From a virus, in IMG/VR virus record IMGVR_UViG_3300016665_000253, positions 1 through 43,726 of that record: 43,726 nt of DNA, one strand, 5' to 3'. The position numbers and the translations under genes were made by a program. A model generated the notes under the pieces. That model did no database searches. It had not been told where the DNA came from and was given only the letters and a program-made list of their open reading frames with translations. Position 1 is the stretch's first letter. Every line of letters begins with the position of its first letter. Below, in pieces: positions 22,305 to 31,700 of this stretch.

Positions 22305-23567
22305 ATGACCGTTCAAGTTTCTGCGCTCGGGCGTACGCGAATCGCTGCCGAAGCCGCGTTTGCCGTCGACGAATCCGGCACGCCTGCGAACTTCCTCGAC
22401 CTGCCAATCGTCGAGAATAGCGGAACGTTCGTTCCGCTCACCGAGCATCTTGAGCCGATGCTGCAACAGCAGTATCTGCACAGCTTCACCAACTCGAAGA
22501 TGGTGCTCGCGAAGAAGTCGAGCACGCTCGCGCTGCAGACGTACCTTGCAGGCACTGGCGCACCGCAGGACGGTAACAACGCGTGGTCGACGACGTGGGC
22601 GCTTGGTCGTCTGCTGTCGGTGCTGATGGGCGCTGTTCAGCAGGGTACGCCGCAGGCTGCCGCAACGACGGTGCAGGCTGGCTCTACGACGTCGTCGGTC
22701 AATGTCACGGCCGGGCACGGCAATACGCTCGGCTCGCCTGGCGGCGCGTATGCGGTGCGCATCCAGTCAACGGGGCTTTACGAAGCGCGTGAGATTCTGT
22801 CGTGCACGGCTAACGCAGTCGTGCCTAAGGTCGCGCACAGCTCGGCTCCGGTGGCGGGCGAGCCGATTATCTGGGCAACGACGTTTGGCCTGACGAACAA
22901 TCAGGCGGGGCTGCTGTCGACGCTGCAATTCATCATTGAGGGCGCGGAGAGCGGCGATGAGTACGTCGGTCTTGGGATGCAGGGCACGCTCGCGATCGAC
23001 ATCACGCAGGGGCAGATCGCAAAGCTGTCGGCCAATCTCACCGGCGCGTCGTGGGTGCGTAGCGCCGCATCGCTTGCGGCGTCGACCATCACGGACTTCT
23101 CGCCGATTGCGCACATGACGTCCGAGCTCATCCTCGGCACCGGCACCATCACGTCGACGCAGACGCGTAACCTCGTTTCGCACTCGTCCTCAACGTGGAC
23201 GCCGGGCTTCGCGAATCTGCCAGTGACGTCGCCGGAAGGGCCTGCGTCGAGCGGCATCATCGGCTGGAAGCGTGCACGCGGTCGCGCCATCACCGGGCAG
23301 GTTCAGGTCTACGACGACACCGCGACCAACTGGATCACAGCCGACACGAATCGCACTGACCTGTCGCTGTTCCAGCAAGTCGGCATGACGACGTCGGGCA
23401 TCGTGCTGCTCAGCGCGCCAACCGTGCAGCTCTCGGTGGTGCCGCCGCGCACGCCTGCAAACGACCTGTACGGCTTTCTCGTCTCGTGGGCTGGCCGCAA
23501 CGACGAAGCCATCGCGTCGCCGTCCACGGACGTGCAGCGCAGTGCGTTCCGAATCCACATCTTCTGA
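22305..23567 (+). CDS. Major tail protein candidate (420 aa)
   Basis: AGGAG RBS. This is the first gene of the tail block and is followed by a chaperone pair and the tape measure. Confidence 0.5.
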   Translation: MTVQVSALGRTRIAAEAAFAVDESGTPANFLDLPIVENSGTFVPLTEHLEPMLQQQYLHSFTNSKMVLAKKSSTLALQTYLAGTGAPQDGNNAWSTTWALGRLLSVLMGAVQQGTPQAAATTVQAGSTTSSVNVTAGHGNTLGSPGGAYAVRIQSTGLYEAREILSCTANAVVPKVAHSSAPVAGEPIIWATTFGLTNNQAGLLSTLQFIIEGAESGDEYVGLGMQGTLAIDITQGQIAKLSANLTGASWVRSAASLAASTITDFSPIAHMTSELILGTGTITSTQTRNLVSHSSSTWTPGFANLPVTSPEGPASSGIIGWKRARGRAITGQVQVYDDTATNWITADTNRTDLSLFQQVGMTTSGIVLLSAPTVQLSVVPPRTPANDLYGFLVSWAGRNDEAIASPSTDVQRSAFRIHIF

Positions 23568-23606
23568 TAGCCACACCCGCAGAACTGCGCTTGAGGAGGC
23601 GCACGT

Positions 23607-24197
23607 ATGCACTACGAATCCGACCCGACCAAAGAGCTACACGTCAGCGTTTCATTCGATCCTGCCATCGACCGTGCTGCGATGGGCCGCGACTTTGCGG
23701 CGCACTTCGGCACGGTCGGCGAGCGGCAAGACGACATCCGCTACGGCAATCGCGACCGCAAGCTGCTGCGCTTTGTCGAGGGCGCACGTGCGAGCGTGTT
23801 CGTCTTGCGCCCGCTGCGCGTCTACGAGCGCGCCCAGTGCGACTCGCTGCCGACTGCTGAGTCACGCTGGCTGCGTGCGTTGTCGTACGCGCTGGTGCGC
23901 GCGGAGGTCTGTCCGCCGCTGGCGTGGAAGAGCGAGGTCGTCTTTCCGCGCGAGAGCAGCGACGGTCGGCCGATGCTCGACAGCGACGGCCTCGACTACC
24001 TCGGCGAGCTCATCTCCTACGAGGCGTTGCTCGAGATCGGAGCGGTGGCGTACGCGCGGAGTAAAGTCGGCCCTTTCGTCGCGGCCTATGCGCCGCTGCC
24101 GGCTACCTCGGCGTTCGTGCTGGCGCGTCAACTCCTGTCCCTTGCGGACACCCACACGGCGACCGAATCCGACACGTCGACCATCGCCGCGGGCTAG
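23607..24197 (+). CDS. Tail assembly chaperone candidate (gpG analogue)
   Basis: GAGGAGG RBS. It is the second gene upstream of the tape measure and contains the slippery heptamer C_CCT_TTC. Confidence 0.5.
   Translation: MHYESDPTKELHVSVSFDPAIDRAAMGRDFAAHFGTVGERQDDIRYGNRDRKLLRFVEGARASVFVLRPLRVYERAQCDSLPTAESRWLRALSYALVRAEVCPPLAWKSEVVFPRESSDGRPMLDSDGLDYLGELISYEALLEIGAVAYARSKVGPFVAAYAPLPATSAFVLARQLLSLADTHTATESDTSTIAAG
24071..24077 (+). promoter_or_regulatory. Candidate -1 programmed ribosomal frameshift site (X_XXY_YYZ = C_CCT_TTC)
   Basis: The zero-frame codons are ggc cct ttc. The -1 frame has a stop at 24062-24064 and is then open through 24583, in the same frame as ORF 24200..24583. Confidence 0.4.
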
Positions 24198-24199
24198 AC

Positions 24200-24583
24200 A
24201 TGGCCCGTGCGGACGCTAGGAGCGTGCGCGTTGCGTGGGACTGCGATTGCGGCGGCGAGCGGCTGGTCGCGGTGCGTCGCGGCTCCAGCGCGGGCCTAGG
24301 TGCTGCTGTCGAGCGCATCCGCAACGGCATCGGCAGGATGACCAACGACACGCCGACGTCGTGCCCGTGGCGCGCGTACGGCGACCCCGTCGTCGCCGCT
24401 GCAATGGCGATGCGTCGGCACTGGTCGCATGGCGCGATCGATGTAGACCAGCAGCTCGCGGTCGTCGTCGACGCGATGCTCGAGATTGACGGCGCGCAGA
24501 ACACGGTCGAAGCGATGGATATGCGGGCCGAGCGCGAGCGTCGCGAGTCGGAGCGTCGGATGGCAGAGGCTCAGCGGAGGTAG
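24200..24583 (+). CDS. Tail assembly chaperone candidate (gpT analogue; stand-alone or frameshift extension)
   Basis: The ORF lies directly before the tape measure and has a weak RBS. Its frame equals the -1 frame of the upstream gene. Confidence 0.45.
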   Translation: MARADARSVRVAWDCDCGGERLVAVRRGSSAGLGAAVERIRNGIGRMTNDTPTSCPWRAYGDPVVAAAMAMRRHWSHGAIDVDQQLAVVVDAMLEIDGAQNTVEAMDMRAERERRESERRMAEAQRR

Positions 24584-24585
24584 CG

Positions 24586-26175
24586 ATGGCTGAGTTCGAC
24601 ATCCAAGCAAAGGTCACCTACGACACGACGCAGGCGCAGTCGTCGCTCAAGGGCGTCGCACAGGCGGCTGGCGAGACTGCGAAGCAGACCGAGAAGGTCG
24701 GTGACGCGACGCAGAAGTCGCAGGTGCAGATCGGCCAGTTTGGCAGCGCGCTCGGCCTTGCAGGTCAAGCTGTCGGCCAGCTCGTGCCGGGGCTGGGTCA
24801 GGTCGTCACGGTTGCAGGCAGCGCGACGGGCGTCATTCAAGGACTCACGACTGCGGGGCTCGGACCGCTTGGTATTGCAATCGGTGTCGTCAGCGTGGCC
24901 GTGACCGCAGGCGTCAAGCTCTGGCAGGATTACAAGACCGAGCAGGAGCGCACTGAGGAAAGCATCCGGCGCACGGTGCTGCCGACGCTGGCTGATCTGA
25001 AGAAGGCCTTTGACGATGCGGCAAAGGCTGCGCTTGACGAGGAGTCTATTCAGCGCCGCGTGACGTCGCGAATGGCCAGCGCATCCGACTACGCCGCAAC
25101 CATCGGCCGTCTTGGCGCTGAGCAGACACGGTTGCGCACTGAGCAAGAGCAGCTCATGGGCAAGCGCACTGCGGATATGACCGCAGCCGACATGCGCAGG
25201 CTTTCGGAGTTGCAGGGACTCATCGCCAACGGAGAACGTAATCTCGCGCAGTTGCAAGAGAACTTTCGCCGTCAGGTTCCTGCCGAAAGTGAGGATGCGC
25301 GGCTACGCGAGCAGAACGCGCAACGGCTTCGCGCGATTCAAGCCGAGATTGAAGCGGCGGGCGAAACGCTCAACGGTCAGCCGTCTCGCACTGGCGGTGG
25401 TGGCGGTCGTCGCAGCGCCGCAGCACCGGCAGAACGCGAAGACCCGAATGCGGCAGCGCGCGCGGCTGGCGAAGAGCTTGACCGGCTGTGGGAGCAATCC
25501 GAGCGCCGTCTCGCCGAGCGTCGTGCTCGATGGCAAGAAGAGGCTGCGTTCCAAGCTGAACTGAACGAGATTGAAGCCGAAGACGTACGACTGCGTCTTG
25601 AGTCGCTGGAACGTGATGAGGCGGAAGCTGAGCGTCTGCGCGAGAAGAACGCCGAAGAGCACGCGCAACGAATGCAGGCCATCAACGATGCGATGTTCAG
25701 TGCGCTTGAGAGCGCGCTGGCATCGAGCGTCGATGCGTGGCTCAGCGGCACGCGCAGCATGGGCGAGGCCATGCAGGACATGGTCAAGCAGGTCGCGAAG
25801 TCGCTGGCGAGCGAGGCCATCATTCAAGGGCTGAAAGCGACAGCCATGGGCCTCGGTGCGCTTGCGGTCGGCTCACCAAGCGCTGCGCTACACTTCGCTG
25901 AGGCGGGCAAGTGGGCTGCGGTCGGCGTCGCGGCTGGCCTTGTCGGCGCTGCGTCGGGTGCGTTCGGCGGTGGTGGCGGCGGTGGCGGTGGAGCGCCTGC
26001 TGCGGCCACTGGCGGGCCTGCGCTGACGGCTGGCGCGCGTGAGGGCGCGGGCACGACGGTCGTTATCAACTGGGGCTCGTCGGGCCTTGTGTACGCAGCA
26101 GACCGCGCGCAGCTCGGGCGCGACATCAGCGGCATGATCAGCGAGGCGCACGGACGCCTCGGGCGAGGTATGTGA
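24586..26175 (+). CDS. Tape measure protein (529 aa)
   Basis: GGAGG RBS. Long coiled-coil Ala/Glu/Arg-rich stretches, hydrophobic segments and a Gly run. The position is typical. Confidence 0.8.
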   Translation: MAEFDIQAKVTYDTTQAQSSLKGVAQAAGETAKQTEKVGDATQKSQVQIGQFGSALGLAGQAVGQLVPGLGQVVTVAGSATGVIQGLTTAGLGPLGIAIGVVSVAVTAGVKLWQDYKTEQERTEESIRRTVLPTLADLKKAFDDAAKAALDEESIQRRVTSRMASASDYAATIGRLGAEQTRLRTEQEQLMGKRTADMTAADMRRLSELQGLIANGERNLAQLQENFRRQVPAESEDARLREQNAQRLRAIQAEIEAAGETLNGQPSRTGGGGGRRSAAAPAEREDPNAAARAAGEELDRLWEQSERRLAERRARWQEEAAFQAELNEIEAEDVRLRLESLERDEAEAERLREKNAEEHAQRMQAINDAMFSALESALASSVDAWLSGTRSMGEAMQDMVKQVAKSLASEAIIQGLKATAMGLGALAVGSPSAALHFAEAGKWAAVGVAAGLVGAASGAFGGGGGGGGGAPAAATGGPALTAGAREGAGTTVVINWGSSGLVYAADRAQLGRDISGMISEAHGRLGRGM

Positions 26176-27017
26176 TGCCGCGTGACCTCTACTCGTGCGC
26201 GTGGGATTTTGCGGCGCTGAACGCTGGCGTCGTCGACGCGTCCAACGCTGCCGTCATCGCGGGCACCATCAGCGGAAATCTCGGATTTGAGACTGGCCTT
26301 TACATGCACGGCGACGTTCAAGGCATCGCTGACGGCGTCTCCATCCTCGCGTTCAGCACGGCCGTCGAAGGGCTCATCACCGGCCTCACGTGCACATTCT
26401 CGCTGTCGACACTCAAGTACACGCTCAGCGCGGCAGGTACGTTCAGCGTTACCTGGACGGGCGCGGCTGGCATCGTGATGCGTGATTTGCTCGGCTTTGA
26501 TGCAAACCTCAGCGCGGCGAGCAGCTACACGTCGACATTGCGCCCCAAGTACCTCGTCGTCTCGCGGCTCGCGGGCCAGTCGGAGGTGCACGAGACGTAC
26601 GAGCCTGGCGGCCGCATCTCCTACGCAGAGAGCGACAACGGACAGGCGTACAGCACGCACCCTGTCGAGTTGCCGACCTATCGCGACTGGACGCAGCCTT
26701 TCGAGACACAAGCCGGTCCGACCGATGGCGAGTGGAACGCGAGCGGCTCAGTCGGCGGCGCGGCTGTCCGCACGGCCGACGTGGGCGCTGCGACGAAGGT
26801 GACGTGGACGTGGGAGGCGCTCATTAAGCATCTTCGCGCGACGTATCCTTTTGCGCTTGTGGACCGCGCGACGTCAACTGAGGGCGAGGGCCAGCTCTAC
26901 AAAATGCGAGGCGAGGCAGCGCACTTCGACCCGACGCGCATCACGGCCGACTACGACGGGCACTGGTCGATTCCGTTTCGCACGCGTCAGCTTGACGCTA
27001 CCACGCCTGCCGTATGA
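26172..27017 (+). CDS. Distal tail protein candidate
   Basis: GTG 26172 or ATG 26175 overlaps the tape-measure stop. The call is by position. Confidence 0.45.
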   Translation: MMPRDLYSCAWDFAALNAGVVDASNAAVIAGTISGNLGFETGLYMHGDVQGIADGVSILAFSTAVEGLITGLTCTFSLSTLKYTLSAAGTFSVTWTGAAGIVMRDLLGFDANLSAASSYTSTLRPKYLVVSRLAGQSEVHETYEPGGRISYAESDNGQAYSTHPVELPTYRDWTQPFETQAGPTDGEWNASGSVGGAAVRTADVGAATKVTWTWEALIKHLRATYPFALVDRATSTEGEGQLYKMRGEAAHFDPTRITADYDGHWSIPFRTRQLDATTPAV

Positions 27018-29680
27018 GTTTCGTCGACGTCATCGCGCGCGGTAGCGGGGCAATCGCGTATCGCCTCGTTATCGCAGGCCACCCGCTCGAGTTCGTCAGC
27101 GCGTCGTCGCTCATCGGCGCTGGCACTGAGGACCGCGAGCGAATCGGCGGCCTCGAGGCGCGCAGCATCCAGTGGTCGGAGACGCTTGACCCTGCCGCCG
27201 TCAAGCTGCGTGCGCAGGGCTTCACAGCGCGTATCGTCGACGACGGCAGTCACCGCACTGGCAACTCGTTCGTGCGGCAGCCGAGTCGCATCAACTACCT
27301 GACCGCGTCGGTCACGTCGGGCACCGTCGCAATCCCGATGGCGAATACCAACCACGCCAACGGCGACATCTTTTACCTCGGAAACGAGTGCTTCAAGATC
27401 ACCAGCGGTGGCGGCACCGCTGCGCCCTCGTGCTCGGGCACGCGCGGCTATCGCGACAGCATCGCGACGGCGCACTATGTCGACCCGACGCTGGGCCTCT
27501 CGCGGCCCGAAATCACGTTTGAGGAGACGGGCCAGTACAACGGTCGTCCGAGCATCGAGGGCTCGCTCGCGTACCTGTACGCGTACGGCGACGGCGAGAC
27601 GGGCGACGGGACGATTGTGTGGCGCGGAGTCGTCGCAGCGCAGCCGAAACTGCGCGATCTGACCACGTGGGAGGTCGAGCTCGACAGCGTCGCGAGCGTG
27701 TTGGACCAGACGCTTGGCGCGGACCTCGCAGAGCCGTCGATGCTGCGCGGCATCAACTACAACGCGCAGACGGCTCCGACGCTGCAAATCAGCATTCTCG
27801 CGGGCGATGATATTGACAGCGCCATCGCTCACACAGCCACAGTCGGCGGTGTCGACCTCGCCGGCTACTACGAGACGCAGGAGGATTTCTGCGATGCGCT
27901 CAATGCACTTATCCGTACAGCCTCGAGCACGTGGGGCACGCACGCGCTGAACCGCACGTCGGGCGAGCGGCCGACGCTGAAAGCCACGACGACAGACACG
28001 GGCGCGTGGACGCTGGTCTATTCCACGCCGAGTACGTCGCATCGATACTGCAAAGTCGACAGCGAGAACGCATGGACGTCTCGCGTCGATCCTGAGTTTA
28101 GCAGTTCACTGTTCTTGCGTCGTGATGATGGCGTCCGCGTCGATACTGTCGGAGCGAGTTCTAGCTACACGTGCCAGTCGTTCGACCGCGTAGACGGCGC
28201 AGGTACTGTGCCGCGCGGATTCATCGGTGAGCAGACCGACGCATACACCGACACGGTCTACATCGGCGGCACGCTGTCGCTGACCGCAGGCGACACCATC
28301 AGCATCGAGTGGCCCGCGTTTGATGGCAAAGAGGCCTTTACGCGCGACTACTACGTGACCGCCTGGGACTCGACGCTACGCAAGGCGACAGTGCGTCGTC
28401 GTCGCGTGCATGGCCCGCGGCCCGGCGTCGTCGACCGCTACTACACGGCCTCGTCGGTGCCTAGCGTCACGACCTCGCGCAGCTACGTGACGTCGGGCAC
28501 GTTTGCAGACTTCCTGACCGCGCTGCTGACCGATTCGCCGGAATATTCGGCGGCTGGACGGATGCCGCTGGTCACTGCTGAGCACGTCGACACGACCAGC
28601 GTCATCGGCGATGTCGTAGCAATTGCACTCGGTCGCGACTGGCTTTCAGCGCGCACGTACCTCGGCACCAGCGACGTCTCGCTCGCGAAGATGATCGAGG
28701 AAGAATGCAAGCTGTACGGGCTTGTCCCATCGATCACGTTTGATGGTCGCTTGTCCTACGTGCCCTTTCGCGTGGGCGCTAGCACTGAGTTTGCGGCCTA
28801 CACCATCGACGAATCGAAGAACCTTAGCGGCGCGCAGATGCCCGGCTTCGAGCCGTCGGCGTTTGGCCTGTTAAACACCATTCAGCTCAAGACGGGCTTT
28901 GACCCGAAGACAAGCAAGCACATCGGCCGCACGTTTATCGTGCGCGACTCGGCGGCGCTTTCGCGCAATCCGCTGCCGCGCATGATGAAAGTCGAGCCGC
29001 GCTCGTCGTGGGCCGATGACCTCGCCATCCCGTACAGCGAAGTCCTCGCAATGGCGCAGACGTGGCTTGGCGTGCTCGGCGCGGCTTACCAGACGATCAC
29101 CGTCGCGTGCCGCATCGATGCCATCTTCGCGAGCATCGGCCAGCAGGCTGCCGTTACGGTCGCGCAGCTGCCGAATACGCTCGACGGCGGGCGCGGGATA
29201 GTCCTCGCATCGGGCGTCGTCATCGGCCGCCGCGTGCGCCTGCTAGACGCAATCGTCGAGCTCACCCTGCTGACGACGCAAGTTCGCGTCGCGGGATATG
29301 CGCCGTCGTCGCTGGTCGACACGGTGACGCTCGTCAGCGGTAGCAACTACGACATCGTGCTGAATGTGTCGCAGCCTGGCGGTTACGCGTACGTCGAGAA
29401 GTGGCAGGTTGGCGACGAGGCTGAGCTGCTGCAATACGACACGGCCGCTCCGACATCGGTGACCGCGACCATCACCGCCGTCGATGTATTTACGTCGACG
29501 GTGACTGCCACGCTGAGCGCAGCGCCACCATCGGGCACGCTGACGCTGGAATACCGCGATGCGCCGAACGTCATCGCGCAGCAAGAGCGTTACGCATTCA
29601 TCGCGCTCGAGGATGGCACCGGCGGCAACGTCATCGAGTTTGCGTCGGGCAACGTGCCGCCGCGTCAATTCGCGAGCTGA
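27014..29680 (+). CDS. Large tail tip/baseplate protein (888 aa)
   Basis: ATGA overlap. This is the largest ORF and sits downstream of the tape measure. Confidence 0.55.
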   Translation: MSFVDVIARGSGAIAYRLVIAGHPLEFVSASSLIGAGTEDRERIGGLEARSIQWSETLDPAAVKLRAQGFTARIVDDGSHRTGNSFVRQPSRINYLTASVTSGTVAIPMANTNHANGDIFYLGNECFKITSGGGTAAPSCSGTRGYRDSIATAHYVDPTLGLSRPEITFEETGQYNGRPSIEGSLAYLYAYGDGETGDGTIVWRGVVAAQPKLRDLTTWEVELDSVASVLDQTLGADLAEPSMLRGINYNAQTAPTLQISILAGDDIDSAIAHTATVGGVDLAGYYETQEDFCDALNALIRTASSTWGTHALNRTSGERPTLKATTTDTGAWTLVYSTPSTSHRYCKVDSENAWTSRVDPEFSSSLFLRRDDGVRVDTVGASSSYTCQSFDRVDGAGTVPRGFIGEQTDAYTDTVYIGGTLSLTAGDTISIEWPAFDGKEAFTRDYYVTAWDSTLRKATVRRRRVHGPRPGVVDRYYTASSVPSVTTSRSYVTSGTFADFLTALLTDSPEYSAAGRMPLVTAEHVDTTSVIGDVVAIALGRDWLSARTYLGTSDVSLAKMIEEECKLYGLVPSITFDGRLSYVPFRVGASTEFAAYTIDESKNLSGAQMPGFEPSAFGLLNTIQLKTGFDPKTSKHIGRTFIVRDSAALSRNPLPRMMKVEPRSSWADDLAIPYSEVLAMAQTWLGVLGAAYQTITVACRIDAIFASIGQQAAVTVAQLPNTLDGGRGIVLASGVVIGRRVRLLDAIVELTLLTTQVRVAGYAPSSLVDTVTLVSGSNYDIVLNVSQPGGYAYVEKWQVGDEAELLQYDTAAPTSVTATITAVDVFTSTVTATLSAAPPSGTLTLEYRDAPNVIAQQERYAFIALEDGTGGNVIEFASGNVPPRQFAS

Positions 29681-29686
29681 GGACGC

Positions 29687-30295
29687 ATGAGCACCAGCAA
29701 CGTCGGCGGCTTGATTCTCGGTGTCTCGACCACGTACAGCGATTTCGGCAATCAGCCTGTCCGCACGTCGACGTGGCAGACCGTCGCGAACAATTGGAAT
29801 CACACGGCCGACGAACGCTCGCGCGTGCTCGTATGCTGGTCGCCACGATCCACGACGACGGGCGGTTACACCATCAAAGTCGCTGGCGTGTGGACAAGGC
29901 TAATGAGCTTCGGGCCTTTCCCGTTGCTTGTCGGCGCTGATGGCAGTCCGTATCCCGTGCGCCTCGCAGTCGGTGGCCGGTCGACGGCGTCAAGCCAACT
30001 GCGCATCGGCGTCTGCGTGCTCGGCGCTGCGGATGCCGACATGAGCGCGTCAGTCGCGCCGTCAAACGTGCTCGAGAGCGCGGCATTCAACAACGGCACG
30101 AACCTCTGGCGCAAAGACGGCGTCGTGACTGTTGACCCGGTCTTTCAGGATTACGGCATCGTCAACGACCTGTCGGGCGCGACGCCCTCGACGGTGGCTG
30201 CTGTGCTCGTGACCGTCGAGGTTTGGGGCAAGAGCGCGACGGGCTCGGCGTGCGTGGCGACGCAGGCATACGCCGCTGAGCAGGTGGCGCTATGA
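29687..30295 (+). CDS. Hypothetical tail protein (202 aa)
   Basis: The ORF is in the track and lies in the structural block. Confidence 0.5.
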   Translation: MSTSNVGGLILGVSTTYSDFGNQPVRTSTWQTVANNWNHTADERSRVLVCWSPRSTTTGGYTIKVAGVWTRLMSFGPFPLLVGADGSPYPVRLAVGGRSTASSQLRIGVCVLGAADADMSASVAPSNVLESAAFNNGTNLWRKDGVVTVDPVFQDYGIVNDLSGATPSTVAAVLVTVEVWGKSATGSACVATQAYAAEQVAL

Positions 30296-31302
30296 CTGCA
30301 ACAGTTCCGGCAGCGCGGCCAATCATTCGACAGTCTGACGTCGAAGCGGGCGTCGCTGTCCGCGCGCGTACGTGGATGGATGCGGCCGAGCTCGCCAACT
30401 GGTGCGGCGGCAATGGCGAGACGCTGGTGCCTGCGTATTCGCCAGAGCAAAGCATCCCGGCTAACAGCTCGCGCACTTTCCGTTTCCGCGTGACGCCGCC
30501 CGGCCGCGCAGTGCGTCGCGTGTGGGTGCTGTATCTCGAGGGCAACTGCGCGCTGAGCATCGATGGCAACGTCGGCCCATCGCAGGATTATCTCACCGAC
30601 AGCGGCGGCACATGGGTCCGCTATGTCGAAGACCTCACGGCGAAGTCGGCGACGCTGCAAGAAATCTCGATCACGATCACGACTGCTGTCAGCAGTGCGG
30701 CGTGCGACGTCAAGTCGATCGCCTGCTACGAAGACCCGCGCATTGTGCTCGACAAGGACGCGACCGACCTTGGCGTCGAGCTTACCAGCGTTTCTGTACG
30801 CGAGCCGATTCAAGAGAATCCATACACCTCGCTCGGCGGCATCGCAGCAGCTCTCGGCGCAGTGCAGCGACGGCAATATTTCAACATCGCGCGGCCCGAC
30901 AACACAACCGACGCGTGGGCCACGACTAGCGCAACGCTCGTGCTCATGCTGGACGACGTCCCGATTCTGACGCGGAAACTGCTGCCTGCCGACACGACGG
31001 GCAACGTGCGATTTGCCGCGTTGTGCAGCGCCAGTGACGCGACGACTGACGGCGAAATCGACATCACCAACAACGCGACCGGCAATAACGTCACGCTGAC
31101 CGTGACCGACCCCGGCACGACGTGGGCTTGGTACACCATCGATTTCCCGGCCGACATTCTCTGCGAGGATTTGACAGAGGCGAGTGGCTGGCCTGACGGC
31201 GCGCTGCTGACGGCTGCTGCAAAGACGCTCGACATCACGTTTCGCCGTAGCGGCGGGGCAGGCACCTTCTACGTCGCGAGCATCGCGGCGATTGAGTACT
31301 GA
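30292..31302 (+). CDS. Hypothetical tail protein (336 aa)
   Basis: ATGA overlap. The ORF is in the track. Confidence 0.5.
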   Translation: MTATVPAARPIIRQSDVEAGVAVRARTWMDAAELANWCGGNGETLVPAYSPEQSIPANSSRTFRFRVTPPGRAVRRVWVLYLEGNCALSIDGNVGPSQDYLTDSGGTWVRYVEDLTAKSATLQEISITITTAVSSAACDVKSIACYEDPRIVLDKDATDLGVELTSVSVREPIQENPYTSLGGIAAALGAVQRRQYFNIARPDNTTDAWATTSATLVLMLDDVPILTRKLLPADTTGNVRFAALCSASDATTDGEIDITNNATGNNVTLTVTDPGTTWAWYTIDFPADILCEDLTEASGWPDGALLTAAAKTLDITFRRSGGAGTFYVASIAAIEY

Positions 31303-31328
31303 GCGCCGCGCGCGCGAGGAGAGCAGAC

Positions 31329-31697
31329 ATGAGCGACACGATTCTCCGCGAAGATGCAGACGTCCTCCCGCCAGAGCAGGACGCGATCAGCCAAGTCACT
31401 TTGACGGCTGCGACGGCGACGGCTGCGCAGGACACGGGCGTCACTGGCGCGACGATTGCGCTCGGGCCGCAGTTCGTGACGTTCATGTCCACGGCCGAGT
31501 TCTACATCGTGTTTTCCAAGGACGGCACGTCGACGATCACGACTCCTGTCGTCACGACAGCGACGTGCTTCGGACCGTTCCCTGCGGGCGTGCAAGTGCC
31601 TTTCCGCGTGACGCCGACGCAGCGCTACTTCCGCGCAATCAGCACGCCGGGCGGCACGCTCAAGTGGTATCGGTCGACCGGCCCCGGAGTGCTCTGA
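31329..31697 (+). CDS. Hypothetical protein (122 aa)
   Basis: AGGAGAG lies upstream. The ORF is in the track. Confidence 0.5.
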   Translation: MSDTILREDADVLPPEQDAISQVTLTAATATAAQDTGVTGATIALGPQFVTFMSTAEFYIVFSKDGTSTITTPVVTTATCFGPFPAGVQVPFRVTPTQRYFRAISTPGGTLKWYRSTGPGVL

Positions 31698-31700
31698 GCT

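Noticed and set aside
25960-26000. A GGC/GGT-rich microsatellite-like tract (ggcggtggtggcggcggtggcggtgga).
   Set aside because: It encodes the poly-Gly linker (GGGGGGGGAP) of the tape measure protein, which is a common feature of these proteins. It is not an independent element.
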